Of a stretch of 64,000 bases of DNA, positions 18,564-28,900 are shown piece after piece. Position 1 is the first letter of the stretch; the number at the start of each line of letters is the position of its first letter. The DNA comes from a virus (lineage: Duplodnaviria; Caudoviricetes): positions 31,773 to 95,772 of the IMG/VR virus record IMGVR_UViG_3300007553_000105; one strand, given 5' to 3'. The position numbers and the translations under genes were made by a program. The notes under the pieces were generated by a model that was not told the origin of the DNA, did not search any database, and saw only the letters and a program-made list of their open reading frames with translations.

Positions 18564-19039
18564 TAAACTCTAATCCATCTTTCAATATTGACACCGTCTT
18601 CAGTATATGACTCAGCTTTTTTGTATGCTAGTTCAAAAACAGCGGCGGGCAAGTATGTATCACAATCATACACACCATCAATGCGACTAATTAAAAACTC
18701 ATCAATAACATCAAAGCATTCATTGACCAGTTTTGCTCCGCCAATGATATAACGATCTTTATAAGGTTTTAACTCTGGCAGTGCAGCTTTGAATTCATCT
18801 AACGTAAACACACGATCAGGTTGATTGCCTTCAATTGATCTGTTAGTGATTACTACGTTCATACGATTTCCCAATGGACGCATTGGCAAACTTTCCCATG
18901 TATTACGTCCCATGATAATCATTTGTCGTTCTGTTAAACGTTTGAACCAACACAAGTCTGCACTGTTATGCGGCCATGGTAGCCCGCCGTCTTTACCAAT
19001 TCCCCAATTGTCATCACATGCTAGTATTGCTTTAATCAT
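18563..19039 (-). CDS. folA: Dihydrofolate reductase
   Basis: GIGKDGGLPWP, IMGRNTWESLP, RPLGNR, IIGGA, CDTY. Confidence 0.95.
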   Translation of the reverse strand: MIKAILACDDNWGIGKDGGLPWPHNSADLCWFKRLTERQMIIMGRNTWESLPMRPLGNRMNVVITNRSIEGNQPDRVFTLDEFKAALPELKPYKDRYIIGGAKLVNECFDVIDEFLISRIDGVYDCDTYLPAAVFELAYKKAESYTEDGVNIERWIRV

Positions 19040-19220
19040 TAATGATCTTTCTCATTACATCGGTTGCAGTAGTTCTAAAAAATCTTGGAGCAATACTGTG
19101 AATAATCAATACTGGTACCAATAATTGTATTTTTAATGCGATTTTAAGAGCGTACATCATATGTTGCGTACCAGTCATATCTACTTCATCTAAATGCTCT
19201 TTACATTTTTTACTAAACAT
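19032..19220 (-). CDS. Small membrane-associated hypothetical protein (DUF6356-like)
   Basis: EHL..V.MT..QH...A followed by a hydrophobic segment and HSIAP.FF...AT. Confidence 0.55.
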   Translation of the reverse strand: MFSKKCKEHLDEVDMTGTQHMMYALKIALKIQLLVPVLIIHSIAPRFFRTTATDVMRKIIND

Positions 19221-19225
19221 GATAG

Positions 19226-20212
19226 TTAGGCTTCCAAATGCATTTCTACTTGGTCCTCGCGAACCGTTGGAGCCATGCGGCTAGGATTTACATATACTGC
19301 TTTAAAGAACTCACTACCCTCACGGCCTAGATCAGCTAGTGGCATTTTAAGATCACGGCGGATATCTACTCCTAGATCAATGGTTGAGTCTAATAGGTCC
19401 TGATAATTCCACCGCATACCTGTACGCTGACATAGTTGATCACCACCCTCGAACATTGGGAATACTTTTGTATTAAAGAATTCATTAAGCCATTTAAAGT
19501 CACGGACGTTCTTCCAATCCCATTCTTCGCGTCTCACGTTTGTCATATGGCAACCAAGTCTAGCACCATAAACTGCCCATAGTCCATTGGTTACATCTTC
19601 ACCAACACTCATCCATGTTAGCAGTCGCTTCAAGTTCTTACCGTGTACGTTCTTCATAAGGTTATTGGGGTCAACAACATCGCCATCAACCAATCCCATC
19701 TTAACACCCTCACGAAAGCCAGCACGCCATGCTTGTAGTGGGCTACCATTGTTCATTACATTTGAGTAAACGTTGTTCATTTGAACATAGTTGATGTTCC
19801 AGCAAAAGTCGACTTGCGCTCGTGGGTCAGTAGTTGGTGCATTTTCATGTGTACGCATATTCATAACAACACTCTTGGGCCAGCATTTAATGCCGCCGTT
19901 GCCGTATACTAAGTTATTGATATGGTTTTTACCTGCCCAACTAATAACGTCAATACCACTGATCTTACTCATATCAATTTCTACGTTAAAGAAGTCAGCA
20001 TGAACAATGTTGTCAGCATCTACTGTAATAAAGCGATCAGTTTCAGCTAACTCTGCCGCTGCTTTGTGTGCTGCATCACTGCCATATACGCCATGGCTGC
20101 GTTTGGCCCAGGGGCATTTCTCTAGTAGATCTGCGTAGTTCTCATCAGCGTTGGGCTCATCGTAGCTGATGAATACAATATCAAATTCATTGATGCTTGT
20201 CATGTTAGCCAT
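19226..20212 (-). CDS. GT-A fold glycosyltransferase-like protein
   Basis: DIVFISYDEPNA, HGVYG..AAHKAAA, ITVDAD (DxD), LVYGNGG, AWRAGFREGVK. Confidence 0.65.
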   Translation of the reverse strand: MANMTSINEFDIVFISYDEPNADENYADLLEKCPWAKRSHGVYGSDAAHKAAAELAETDRFITVDADNIVHADFFNVEIDMSKISGIDVISWAGKNHINNLVYGNGGIKCWPKSVVMNMRTHENAPTTDPRAQVDFCWNINYVQMNNVYSNVMNNGSPLQAWRAGFREGVKMGLVDGDVVDPNNLMKNVHGKNLKRLLTWMSVGEDVTNGLWAVYGARLGCHMTNVRREEWDWKNVRDFKWLNEFFNTKVFPMFEGGDQLCQRTGMRWNYQDLLDSTIDLGVDIRRDLKMPLADLGREGSEFFKAVYVNPSRMAPTVREDQVEMHLEA

Positions 20213-21194
20213 TGTTGTCTCCTAAGTAATTGACTGACAAATATTTGTTCTTATATAATATTAGTGGATCACGTGGCATACGAAATGGTATGTCTACGGT
20301 CAATGTGTTGTTTATTTTGAACTCATCGATGTTTACTGCGAACCCACCTACTAGCTCATCTATATTACTATTGAATACTAAAAATTGCAATGTTTTTTTA
20401 GATTCAAAAATATAATCCTGATCTTCCAATACCTCACTGACAATTTTTATACTTTTGCCATATGGCAACATATATAGATGTGCAGGAGACTTGTTTGTTT
20501 TTTCCACTGTTTGAAAAATATTACTTTTACCCAGTGTGTATGCAGTGGTAACTCTTGTGTCACTGATTTCCAGGCTATATTTTCTAAAAATGGGTCTCGT
20601 AAAGATACTTATGTTATTCCAATCAGCGTATCTCGCAACTTCATCTAGGTGTATTAAAACGCTGCGTTTCTTAAATAACAACATTGGATCTATTTCAGCA
20701 ATTGCAATAAGATAGTCAGGGTCGTTTAAGCGAGTAAAATATAGATTAAGTACTGCATCTTCTGTACGTGATACAGTTTCAATGTCCATTAAGTTCATAG
20801 TTTGCTTAATATTACTTAAATTTACTTTTACTTCAAGGATATTGGTATCTTTATAAATGTTTAAACTAATATCGCTTTTAATTGGATCAGTACCACGAAT
20901 TTGAAATAGTTGACTGCTCAGATTACGCAATACTAGATTACTTGTTCGCTTTTCGATTGACCATTCTTCATTTTCAATATCCCAGATCATGCCACAATTT
21001 TTTAGCGAGAGTTTTCCGCCCAAAACTTCGCTACACAATTCATTCTCTGTTGATATTACTTTAATTACTGCGTCATGACTATCAGCCAACTCACGTGGAG
21101 TTATTCTAATAATTCGACCAGTTTCAGAATTAAACTTTATCCACCAATTTGGCTTTAAGTCCGAGTTCTCTAAAATAGTTTCGGTGTCCGTCAT
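20205..21194 (-). CDS. Hypothetical phage protein
   Basis: Long ORF in the operon; likely start MTDTE (21194); internal LYFT...DPDYL motif. Confidence 0.6.
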   Translation of the reverse strand: MTDTETILENSDLKPNWWIKFNSETGRIIRITPRELADSHDAVIKVISTENELCSEVLGGKLSLKNCGMIWDIENEEWSIEKRTSNLVLRNLSSQLFQIRGTDPIKSDISLNIYKDTNILEVKVNLSNIKQTMNLMDIETVSRTEDAVLNLYFTRLNDPDYLIAIAEIDPMLLFKKRSVLIHLDEVARYADWNNISIFTRPIFRKYSLEISDTRVTTAYTLGKSNIFQTVEKTNKSPAHLYMLPYGKSIKIVSEVLEDQDYIFESKKTLQFLVFNSNIDELVGGFAVNIDEFKINNTLTVDIPFRMPRDPLILYKNKYLSVNYLGDNNG

Positions 21195-22011
21195 ATATTT
21201 CTGCTGTGTTAAATCCTGGGTCTGCATAATGCAGAATGCCATCAATTGCAAAGTTTTGAATTTTTAACTTCGCACCATTACTTATCCATGTGTTTAGATG
21301 CTCTGTCCAACCACGCTCAACTTTTGTAGCATTGCGATATCGTGTTGTCATCTCACGCATATCAATATTTTTAAATACATTATGATATGTTACAACATCA
21401 AGTTGTATTCCTAAATGCCACACAATAACACTGTGCATTAGGTCAGTGTCGTATCGTTCTGGAATAAAACGTGCTTCTATTGCTTTACTAAAGGCATCTC
21501 GCCAATTACGTGCATAAGGATCCATTAGTTTAAAATATGCTAAACTGAATTCTGATTTGTTAAAAAAGAAAATGTTTGAATATACATGCTTAAAATCGTG
21601 TGTCACGTATACGCTCGTTGGGTCAGTGTATCTACCGATAATCTCATCACGGAATGTCATACTGCGCTGTGGAATAGCAAAGTCATGGTGCGCAATTAGG
21701 TATTCCCAAAGACTGCTCTGATCCTCTTTAATAATAGAATAGCAATCCACTGCTATTGTATTTTCATAAGGTGTTGCCCAATATAGTTGCCAGTCATTTG
21801 CACGTAGATTTTCCTCCGTTGCGAAAGGAAGTTCAACAATCATGTCAAACGGTTCTTCGTAATCACTGATCACACTGATCAGGCTAGGCGTAACCATAGT
21901 TACACTTGCATCTTTGTTTTTAATTTTGATACTGTAGGCACATAGTGACGCTGCACGTTGTTGTTCTTCTGTGCTAGCAAGTATCACATAACCAGTATTA
22001 GATTCCATCAT
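21130..22011 (-). CDS. Nucleotide-diphospho-sugar transferase-like protein (GT-A)
   Basis: GYVILA...AYSIK...ATPYENTIAVDC...ILHY; paralogue of the next gene. Confidence 0.6.
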   Translation of the reverse strand: MMESNTGYVILASTEEQQRAASLCAYSIKIKNKDASVTMVTPSLISVISDYEEPFDMIVELPFATEENLRANDWQLYWATPYENTIAVDCYSIIKEDQSSLWEYLIAHHDFAIPQRSMTFRDEIIGRYTDPTSVYVTHDFKHVYSNIFFFNKSEFSLAYFKLMDPYARNWRDAFSKAIEARFIPERYDTDLMHSVIVWHLGIQLDVVTYHNVFKNIDMREMTTRYRNATKVERGWTEHLNTWISNGAKLKIQNFAIDGILHYADPGFNTAEIYDGHRNYFRELGLKAKLVDKV

Positions 22012-22882
22012 TTAGCTCTTTAATTTTTGGGATCATACGATCCAGCGCACGTTTGTTCATAACGTGTACATCATATTTGTCGTGTCTTACTAGTATATTT
22101 TTCCAGTTCTCACGTGTATCATGTGCTAAACATGCCCAGTCAGTTACGCTATTAATTCCTACAATGTCGTCTTTTTGTCCAAGGTTCTGCATAACTGCAT
22201 TACCAAAATTACTAACAGTATCACCAGCGTTCATGCCATCAAGAATATGTGCAGCAATACTCACACAGTAGTCTGTACGGAATAACCCTAGTGGGAAATT
22301 ATAGAGGAATTGATAATAGTTGTAGTTGTCTGCCACATGTGCCCAGGTATCAAAAAACAGTTTGCTTTCTGGACTCTTATCAAAATAGATAACAGTGCTC
22401 CACCACATTTTAACGCCACCGTCAAACAGCCAGCGTTCGTTGTTATGTGGTAAATCGTTACGTATACTAACTGCACGATCAAACATAGCAACGCCAGTGT
22501 AAGCATCGTATGCATGATTGAGGAAATCTGTTTTTACAATATAGTCAATGTCTAACAACAATGTCTTGTCGTATGGACTGTATTCAAAAACTTTGTGCTT
22601 GTTGCTGTTACTAAACTGTGCGCGAAACTCTGTCCATGGACTATCATTATGCACCCGTATGTTGCGTTTCATTTCATCGTCAGTGATTACTACATCATCA
22701 ATGACACGCTTAATGTATGCCATATCATTGGATTGTTGAATCCAACTCCAGGTACTTTCATCAGTAATCAAGCATACTTGTTTATTTAGAAACTTTTTTG
22801 TATACGCAGCCGCGATAACTGCAAATTTACCATAGTCAATTTGATCATTGTTATATGCAAAAAAGCAAATGCCTTCAGTCAT
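21998..22882 (-). CDS. Nucleotide-diphospho-sugar transferase-like protein (GT-A)
   Basis: GICFFAYNN, VCLITD, YSPYDKTLLLDID (DxD), WSTVIYF, FRTDY, VHVMNK. Confidence 0.65.
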   Translation of the reverse strand: MTEGICFFAYNNDQIDYGKFAVIAAAYTKKFLNKQVCLITDESTWSWIQQSNDMAYIKRVIDDVVITDDEMKRNIRVHNDSPWTEFRAQFSNSNKHKVFEYSPYDKTLLLDIDYIVKTDFLNHAYDAYTGVAMFDRAVSIRNDLPHNNERWLFDGGVKMWWSTVIYFDKSPESKLFFDTWAHVADNYNYYQFLYNFPLGLFRTDYCVSIAAHILDGMNAGDTVSNFGNAVMQNLGQKDDIVGINSVTDWACLAHDTRENWKNILVRHDKYDVHVMNKRALDRMIPKIKELNDGI

Positions 22883-23229
22883 TCCCAATCCATGATCTTC
22901 TTAATATTACGTGCTTTTTTCAGCTTCTCGTATTCAGCTTCAAATTCAGTAGTAGCACTAGTGTATGCTGATAGCAGTATATCTAGAAACTCTTCTAAAT
23001 TTCCCACACGTACTGGGGCTTCTTTTGTATCGATTAGTATGGCTGATTTTTGTCCTAGATCAATGAGTGCTTTGACAAATGAGATAGTTATTGCATCTGC
23101 TGCAAATACCCCGCCATTCTTATGTACTAATTGTAGCTGATATACGCGGTTTTTGATATTTCGTTTTTGGTTATTGATTGTAAGTGAATAGTTAGAAAAC
23201 TCAAGTGCTTTCTGTAGACGATCGTCCAT
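22879..23229 (-). CDS. Conserved hypothetical phage protein
   Basis: 116-aa ORF with AGGAG RBS and its own promoter; first gene of the leftward enzyme operon. Confidence 0.7.
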   Translation of the reverse strand: MDDRLQKALEFSNYSLTINNQKRNIKNRVYQLQLVHKNGGVFAADAITISFVKALIDLGQKSAILIDTKEAPVRVGNLEEFLDILLSAYTSATTEFEAEYEKLKKARNIKKIMDWE

Positions 23230-23260
23230 AAATATCTCCTATATAGATATATGTGATTTT

Positions 23261-23289
23261 ATTTTACTATTATGACCAGTATTTGTCAA
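23261..23289 (-). promoter_or_regulatory. Sigma70-type promoter
   Basis: Minus strand TTGACA (23289-23284), 17-nt spacer, TAAAAT (23266-23261), upstream of the AGGAG-ATG at 23229. Confidence 0.7.
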
Positions 23290-24361
23290 TACTTAAATTT
23301 GGTGTTTCTCGTTCTCTGAACTGATATGAGTACAACTCAGTTTTAAATTTTGCTCCCAATGACGAATCAAGTATAGAGTCGGGAGGTGTATCAATGGGCA
23401 GTAAATATCCTGCACTCATAGTTATATCCATATTAATAGGAATGCCATCTGGATCTGTTAGTGTTACATTAAAGTATACTTCAAACTCACCGCTTGGTAG
23501 TTCGTCTGCTTCGACACTAATATACACCCGTCTTGAACTATATGCACCACCGTAAGCGCCACCGTAAACACCGCCATATTCTCCGCCGTAATCGCCACCA
23601 TGATCACTAAAGATATACACTGTTTCAGGGTCACCTAATGTACCCGTGATGTATACCCCTCCCATCCATATACCAGTCCAACCGCCTGCTGCCGTAACAT
23701 TCATTGCTCCTACCATGGTAGTTCCCATGTTGTTAAAAACACGTGTCCAGTTATCATTTCCTAAACAGTTTAGATCAAATACGATTCTACCACCGCTGTT
23801 GAAAAAGTATCTTGCCTGTTGATATGAACTAAATGTTGCTTTTACTGTCGCGCTTGTCTGCGTTGTCCATTCTACATTTTCTGTGTAGGGTAACCCAACT
23901 CCGTCATCTAATACAAGTTCACTACCGTATACTGAATCAACATACAGGCTAAGTGAATTTAGATAATTAATAGCAACCTCAATTTTTTCTTTATATGTTT
24001 CATAAAGAACAATGCTACCAGCAGCATATTTTGTTAAGCTAGTAAGATTAAAATTAGTGCTGTCTACGTGAAACAGGCCAGCATTTATTTGATTAATTAA
24101 TCTATTGGTATGTGAAACTTCTATTTTATTCGCAGCAGGATGCCCCCATGCTTCCACGCCTCGAACTATTGGCTCTACTGGGTGTTGTCCCCAGCCAGTG
24201 GCGTGTAAGTTTATATTATCTGCACTCTGGTCTGCAATTAATTCATCAAATGTTAAACCTGGATTATCGTCCGCCCAATGGGTATGATAGAGTGCGACCA
24301 GTTCATTGAACTGTTCTGCTTCTATTTCATTACCTCTTGCAATCGGAAACTTGGGCGCCAT
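23270..24361 (-). CDS. Virion structural protein (tail/baseplate associated)
   Basis: TF.S...ARYFFNSGGRI motif typical of jumbo-phage tail proteins; directly follows the fibre-like gene; carries a (GGxY)5 repeat. Confidence 0.6.
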   Translation of the reverse strand: MAPKFPIARGNEIEAEQFNELVALYHTHWADDNPGLTFDELIADQSADNINLHATGWGQHPVEPIVRGVEAWGHPAANKIEVSHTNRLINQINAGLFHVDSTNFNLTSLTKYAAGSIVLYETYKEKIEVAINYLNSLSLYVDSVYGSELVLDDGVGLPYTENVEWTTQTSATVKATFSSYQQARYFFNSGGRIVFDLNCLGNDNWTRVFNNMGTTMVGAMNVTAAGGWTGIWMGGVYITGTLGDPETVYIFSDHGGDYGGEYGGVYGGAYGGAYSSRRVYISVEADELPSGEFEVYFNVTLTDPDGIPINMDITMSAGYLLPIDTPPDSILDSSLGAKFKTELYSYQFRERETPNLSIDKYWS

Positions 24362-24364
24362 TGG

Positions 24365-25306
24365 TTACTTTACCCCAACTGCTACTTCTACCAAACCGAT
24401 ACCTTCTGTTGTCTTGTCTTCTAGAGCACGGCCAACAATGCGATACCAATCCATATACTCTTGCATTTCGTAATCTGTTGGAGCTCTGGCCACACCAGGC
24501 TCTTCGCTTGACAATAAACGTTGACCTTTCTTTACCTGTCCTATAACTTTTACAGGAACGCGGCCTTCTAGTGCAACTGCTACACGAGTGCCGCCTAAAT
24601 TACTATTCATTAAATACGCAGGATCTGTTGATACTACACCAAATACATCTGGGCAAAATGCAGTTGTTGTCTGTGTTACTTCTGCTTCGCCACCAATTTT
24701 TAATACTGTGCCAGGCTCATACTCTGTATCACTGCTATAATATTCTGCAAGGTCAGCGTACTGTGCGCTTGTTGCAGTACCGTGAAATTTGCAACCGTCC
24801 GCAACTGTAATACCTGCACCAATATTGTTAAATTGTGGGTGTACTGTGTCATCTGCGTGAACTTCAAATTCTTCTGAACTAACAACTGCGATGATATTTC
24901 CTTCATCAAATACAAGCGTTACAGTATGATTTACATTTCCAATATCTTTAACAACTGCTGGCGCAACTGTTTCTAATCGTAGACCTCTCCATTTGCCGCG
25001 AGGATAGTTAATTGGGTCTGATACTGTATCCCCGTCGAAATAATAGAATTCACCGTCGTTGATAATGCCATCGCCATCTTTATCAACTTTTTTAAACCAT
25101 AGCTGCCCCGGTACTGCTTTTGACTCAGCTGGCGGCACTTCACTGGCGAAGTTTTCCAGCAGGTGCAATAGATTCTCTGCCATTGCTTCACCATACCCGT
25201 ACCAGTTTTTACCTACTAGCGTAATATGTGTATCTTTGTTAAGCGTACCGTCATGAACTAAAATGCTTGGTTTTGAGGAATCAAAATAATCTACTCTGTA
25301 TGCCAT
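24365..25306 (-). CDS. Tail fibre / baseplate protein with a C-terminal chaperone-like (peptidase G2/IMC-type) domain
   Basis: LVGKNWYGYGE...ENLLHLLENFA...PGQLWF N-terminal module; TATSAQYADLAEYY...GVVSTDPAYLMN...ALEGRVPVKV C-terminal module. Confidence 0.7.
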   Translation of the reverse strand: MAYRVDYFDSSKPSILVHDGTLNKDTHITLVGKNWYGYGEAMAENLLHLLENFASEVPPAESKAVPGQLWFKKVDKDGDGIINDGEFYYFDGDTVSDPINYPRGKWRGLRLETVAPAVVKDIGNVNHTVTLVFDEGNIIAVVSSEEFEVHADDTVHPQFNNIGAGITVADGCKFHGTATSAQYADLAEYYSSDTEYEPGTVLKIGGEAEVTQTTTAFCPDVFGVVSTDPAYLMNSNLGGTRVAVALEGRVPVKVIGQVKKGQRLLSSEEPGVARAPTDYEMQEYMDWYRIVGRALEDKTTEGIGLVEVAVGVK

Positions 25307-25307
25307 A

Positions 25308-25895
25308 TTATGAGCCCACCTTAATTCTTAACGTATAAACTACTTGTAGTTTTCTATTTGCAGATTTTTGAATTGGGTGGAAAATAATATGTGTTAGCGT
25401 TGATCCCAATTCATTAATTAATCCAATTTCGTCAAAAACAAAGTCAGTTTTAGTTGTTGCGGTATCTATATCATCTTGTCCTTCTGGCTCTCCATAGGAA
25501 AGTGTTGAAGTAACAACTATGTCAGTATAATTTTGTAACGCTGAATGGTATATAGACATAGAGTTATTAACATCAGTGGTTGATGTAATAGATTTTACAT
25601 ATGTTTGATTATATAAGGTACCTGCTGCATCTGTGACATTGGGCGTTTTATACGTTATTAGCCCCACAGAATCAATAGTTGTGCCGCCATTACCATATGC
25701 CATTTCAGTAATAAAATGAGACAACCCAGTTATAGGGTCTGTCTGATTTGTTAACAAATGTGCAATGGCGAGTGACATGTTTTCGTAGTTAATAGCGTTG
25801 TGTTTATCCAAAAGGATTTCACCACTGTCCACGTCTTTGATTAACACGTGTCCATCTACGTTAATAAATGATTTATCATTAAAATTGTTTTTCAT
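25308..25895 (-). CDS. Baseplate/tail structural protein
   Basis: GHVLIKD...DKHNAI...FDEIGL...THIIFHPIQKS..R...VYTLRI; located in the baseplate block. Confidence 0.65.
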   Translation of the reverse strand: MKNNFNDKSFINVDGHVLIKDVDSGEILLDKHNAINYENMSLAIAHLLTNQTDPITGLSHFITEMAYGNGGTTIDSVGLITYKTPNVTDAAGTLYNQTYVKSITSTTDVNNSMSIYHSALQNYTDIVVTSTLSYGEPEGQDDIDTATTKTDFVFDEIGLINELGSTLTHIIFHPIQKSANRKLQVVYTLRIKVGS

Positions 25896-25917
25896 TTTCC
25901 AAAAATCTCCGCTAATG

Positions 25918-25924
25918 TATTTAG
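25918..25924 (-). promoter_or_regulatory. Late promoter CTAAATA
   Basis: TAAATA core upstream of the GGAG RBS of 25308..25895. Confidence 0.5.
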
Positions 25925-25967
25925 CTAAAAATAATACGCTATGTTAATCCTGCTATGGGAGTTCGCC

Positions 25968-28900
25968 TTATAAAAGCACACCCTGGCCTGTCTGCTGTAA
26001 TCTCTTTGATTCAGTGTCATCACCGTCTAATATACTTTCTCCTGAAAGCAAATCGTATCCATAATATGAATTATATGCAGCATCTTTGTAGAACGTGTCC
26101 TTGCTAAACGGCGTAGAATCAGTAATACTCAAATCTGTTACATCAATAATCTGTGTTCCTGCAGGGTGCTTCTTTGGCAATGTGTTGCCAACACCCCTTG
26201 TTACTCCATACAGAACGCCATTAGAATTTTGACTGTACTGTATTAATTCGCCATTTACGTATGCAAAGCCACCCAATGCTTTAAACGGGGCAGCGTCATC
26301 AACGATGATATTTTCATCACTGCTGGATATGTCAGCAGCAATAATTGCCTTGTTAGTATCCACTAGAGAATATGCCGCCACATTTCCTAGATTGTTAAGC
26401 ATATAAACGTATGTTTTAGATGTTGCACCATATCCCCCAGCGTCGGTTGTTATTACTTTCAATGACAACTGTTCAATAATATCTACACCAATAGTCGTGT
26501 TTCTATATTCTCCAACTGTTTCATTCCAATTCTGAGGCTCGTTAAACCCTTGTCCAATAAACACATCATCTACTGTTGCGGTGAAGTCCCCACCGAATAC
26601 TTCGTCTACATCAGGCCCATCTGAAAATGCAGAAGTATATGTGTCGCCATTGATAGTTATATTGTCATCAATAGTGCTAAAATCTATTATAACAGACTTT
26701 TGAACATTGTCAATCTCTTCAAAAGTAATTGGTAGAATTTCCTGAGCTAGATTTCTATCAAAAATAGTTCTAACTTTTGTATGGAATGGCTTTACAGTAT
26801 TAATGTAATCCGCTACTTCGTCAATGTGTGACGATTTGTACTTTTGAATCATCGTGTTATTATTGTGTATTAAGGCAGTGTCAATGTCTAATTTAATATA
26901 TGTTGTTTTATAGAACCAATCAACTTGATTGTGTGTACTTGCAACATAACGAACCATACCAAAGAATAACTTGTTAAAGTTATTAATAAAGTTATTAATA
27001 AACAAGTCTTCTCTACATGCTTTAATTATGTAACCCATATATATGCCAGGATCAAAGTCCCAAATGCCTTCCCATCTTGAATTATCCCAACCGTAAATAC
27101 TATTTTTAAGATATACTAGGTCATTGAATTGAATCGTAGCATTTTCTTTTTCTACTAATTCCCATTCAGAAGTATTAGCATTCCATTGATAAATCTCATC
27201 TTGTGAAAGTCCGTTTGGTGCGTATGGCTTGTTTAAGCGAACAAGCGTATGTACAGACGTATCAACTAAATTTAGTTCACCTGTAGAGCCTACTATCTTA
27301 CTAGGAACAGCATCAGGAATTCTGTTTGGCGAAACATATGTAGCCCATTCCCATGTATTATTCATATTGAATCCAGGGTGCAATGACCAAACAACGTCTG
27401 AAGGATCTACACTATTATCTACACTGGTACATACATACATTTTGCCTGTGTTGTTATCAACAAATGTATCACCAACGTGTGGGTCAGCTATATTATCCTC
27501 AGGATTACCTGAACCAAAAACTGTAGCAGGAGTAGTTATATAGAATGTTTGTGAAAGTATTCTATCCCATCTACCTCTAAAATCCTGCACTAGGTTTTGG
27601 TTTATCAATAGTCTATTGATGATACTAATTGCCTCGCGGCGGGCGTCCCACACATCTTTAAACCAAGCCTGTGCAAAAATAATATTTTCTGTAGTTATTC
27701 TTCTATTATCTCCGTAACGATTGTACTCATGAATATCAAAATCTGGGATAGGATATCCTGTAGTACGCTGTGTACCTATTAAGTTATCTTCTAGGCCAAT
27801 GTACCAGTAGTCAGGTATCAGATCAGTTTCTTCAGAAATAGCTAGCCAGCTAGAATGTGATGTTTTTTCAGGTCGCATAGTTATTTGCAATACACTTGCG
27901 GTATCATTGACAAACAGTGATGCATTAGCCATAATCAAAACTGTTGCACTAATTGGGGCAAACCATACTAACCCGTTTGCAGCTGGATCAGCAATAATAC
28001 TAGCAATGTCAGATACAGTTAAGCGTCTATTTTCAGAATTTATTGTGGTTTTATTCTTTACCCAGAAATAGTATACTGATTCATATGCTGATATGTTGTC
28101 GTTCCATTCATCTTCTTGTGTATAGTAGTATAGATATTCATCAGTCGTTGATACGTAAACTCTATACACTTCACCAGATGCAGTTACGCCAAATTGGTCT
28201 GCACTGCGTTTAACCTCAGATTCCCATTCATCTGGAGGAACACTACTCTTGGTCCATTCGTAAATATCTATAGAAGACCCGGGGAATTGTTTGCCCCAGA
28301 CATTCATACGATATTCGTAATTACCTTGATCATAGTCATAATATTTGACTTTGCTAATATCCCACCAAACTTTTCCTACTTGATCTTCGCCCCATGCGCC
28401 GCGCTGGTTAGTTGTATAATTATCATCATTTGACATATTATAAATTGCCAAGTCAACAACTGAGCGATGATTAATTTCTCTATCAGCAACTCCAGGAATT
28501 ACACCTCTAATAGGATCAAATAACTCAAATTCTCCCATAGTATATGATCTATCTGCGTCATATATAAGGACACTTTCAACTTGATTATCTTTAATTCTTT
28601 CAAAGTTACTGTATACTAAATCAAACGTTGTTGATGTGCTATTCTTCCAGACTAGATTACACTCTGCACCAAATTCATCGTGTGTTATCCAGGCGTAAGT
28701 ACCTGGCTTCCAGTCATAATATGGAACCATATAACTACTTGATATTAAGTCTTCGTAATTATTAAATCTTGATGAACGTAATATCATAATACTTTCGCAT
28801 TTGCCTGATTTTTCTATAAATCTATCTATATAGAATGATGATGGATCAGTTGGGTTTGCATTTGTTACCATATGAATACCATCAATGTTTGGCCGTGTAG

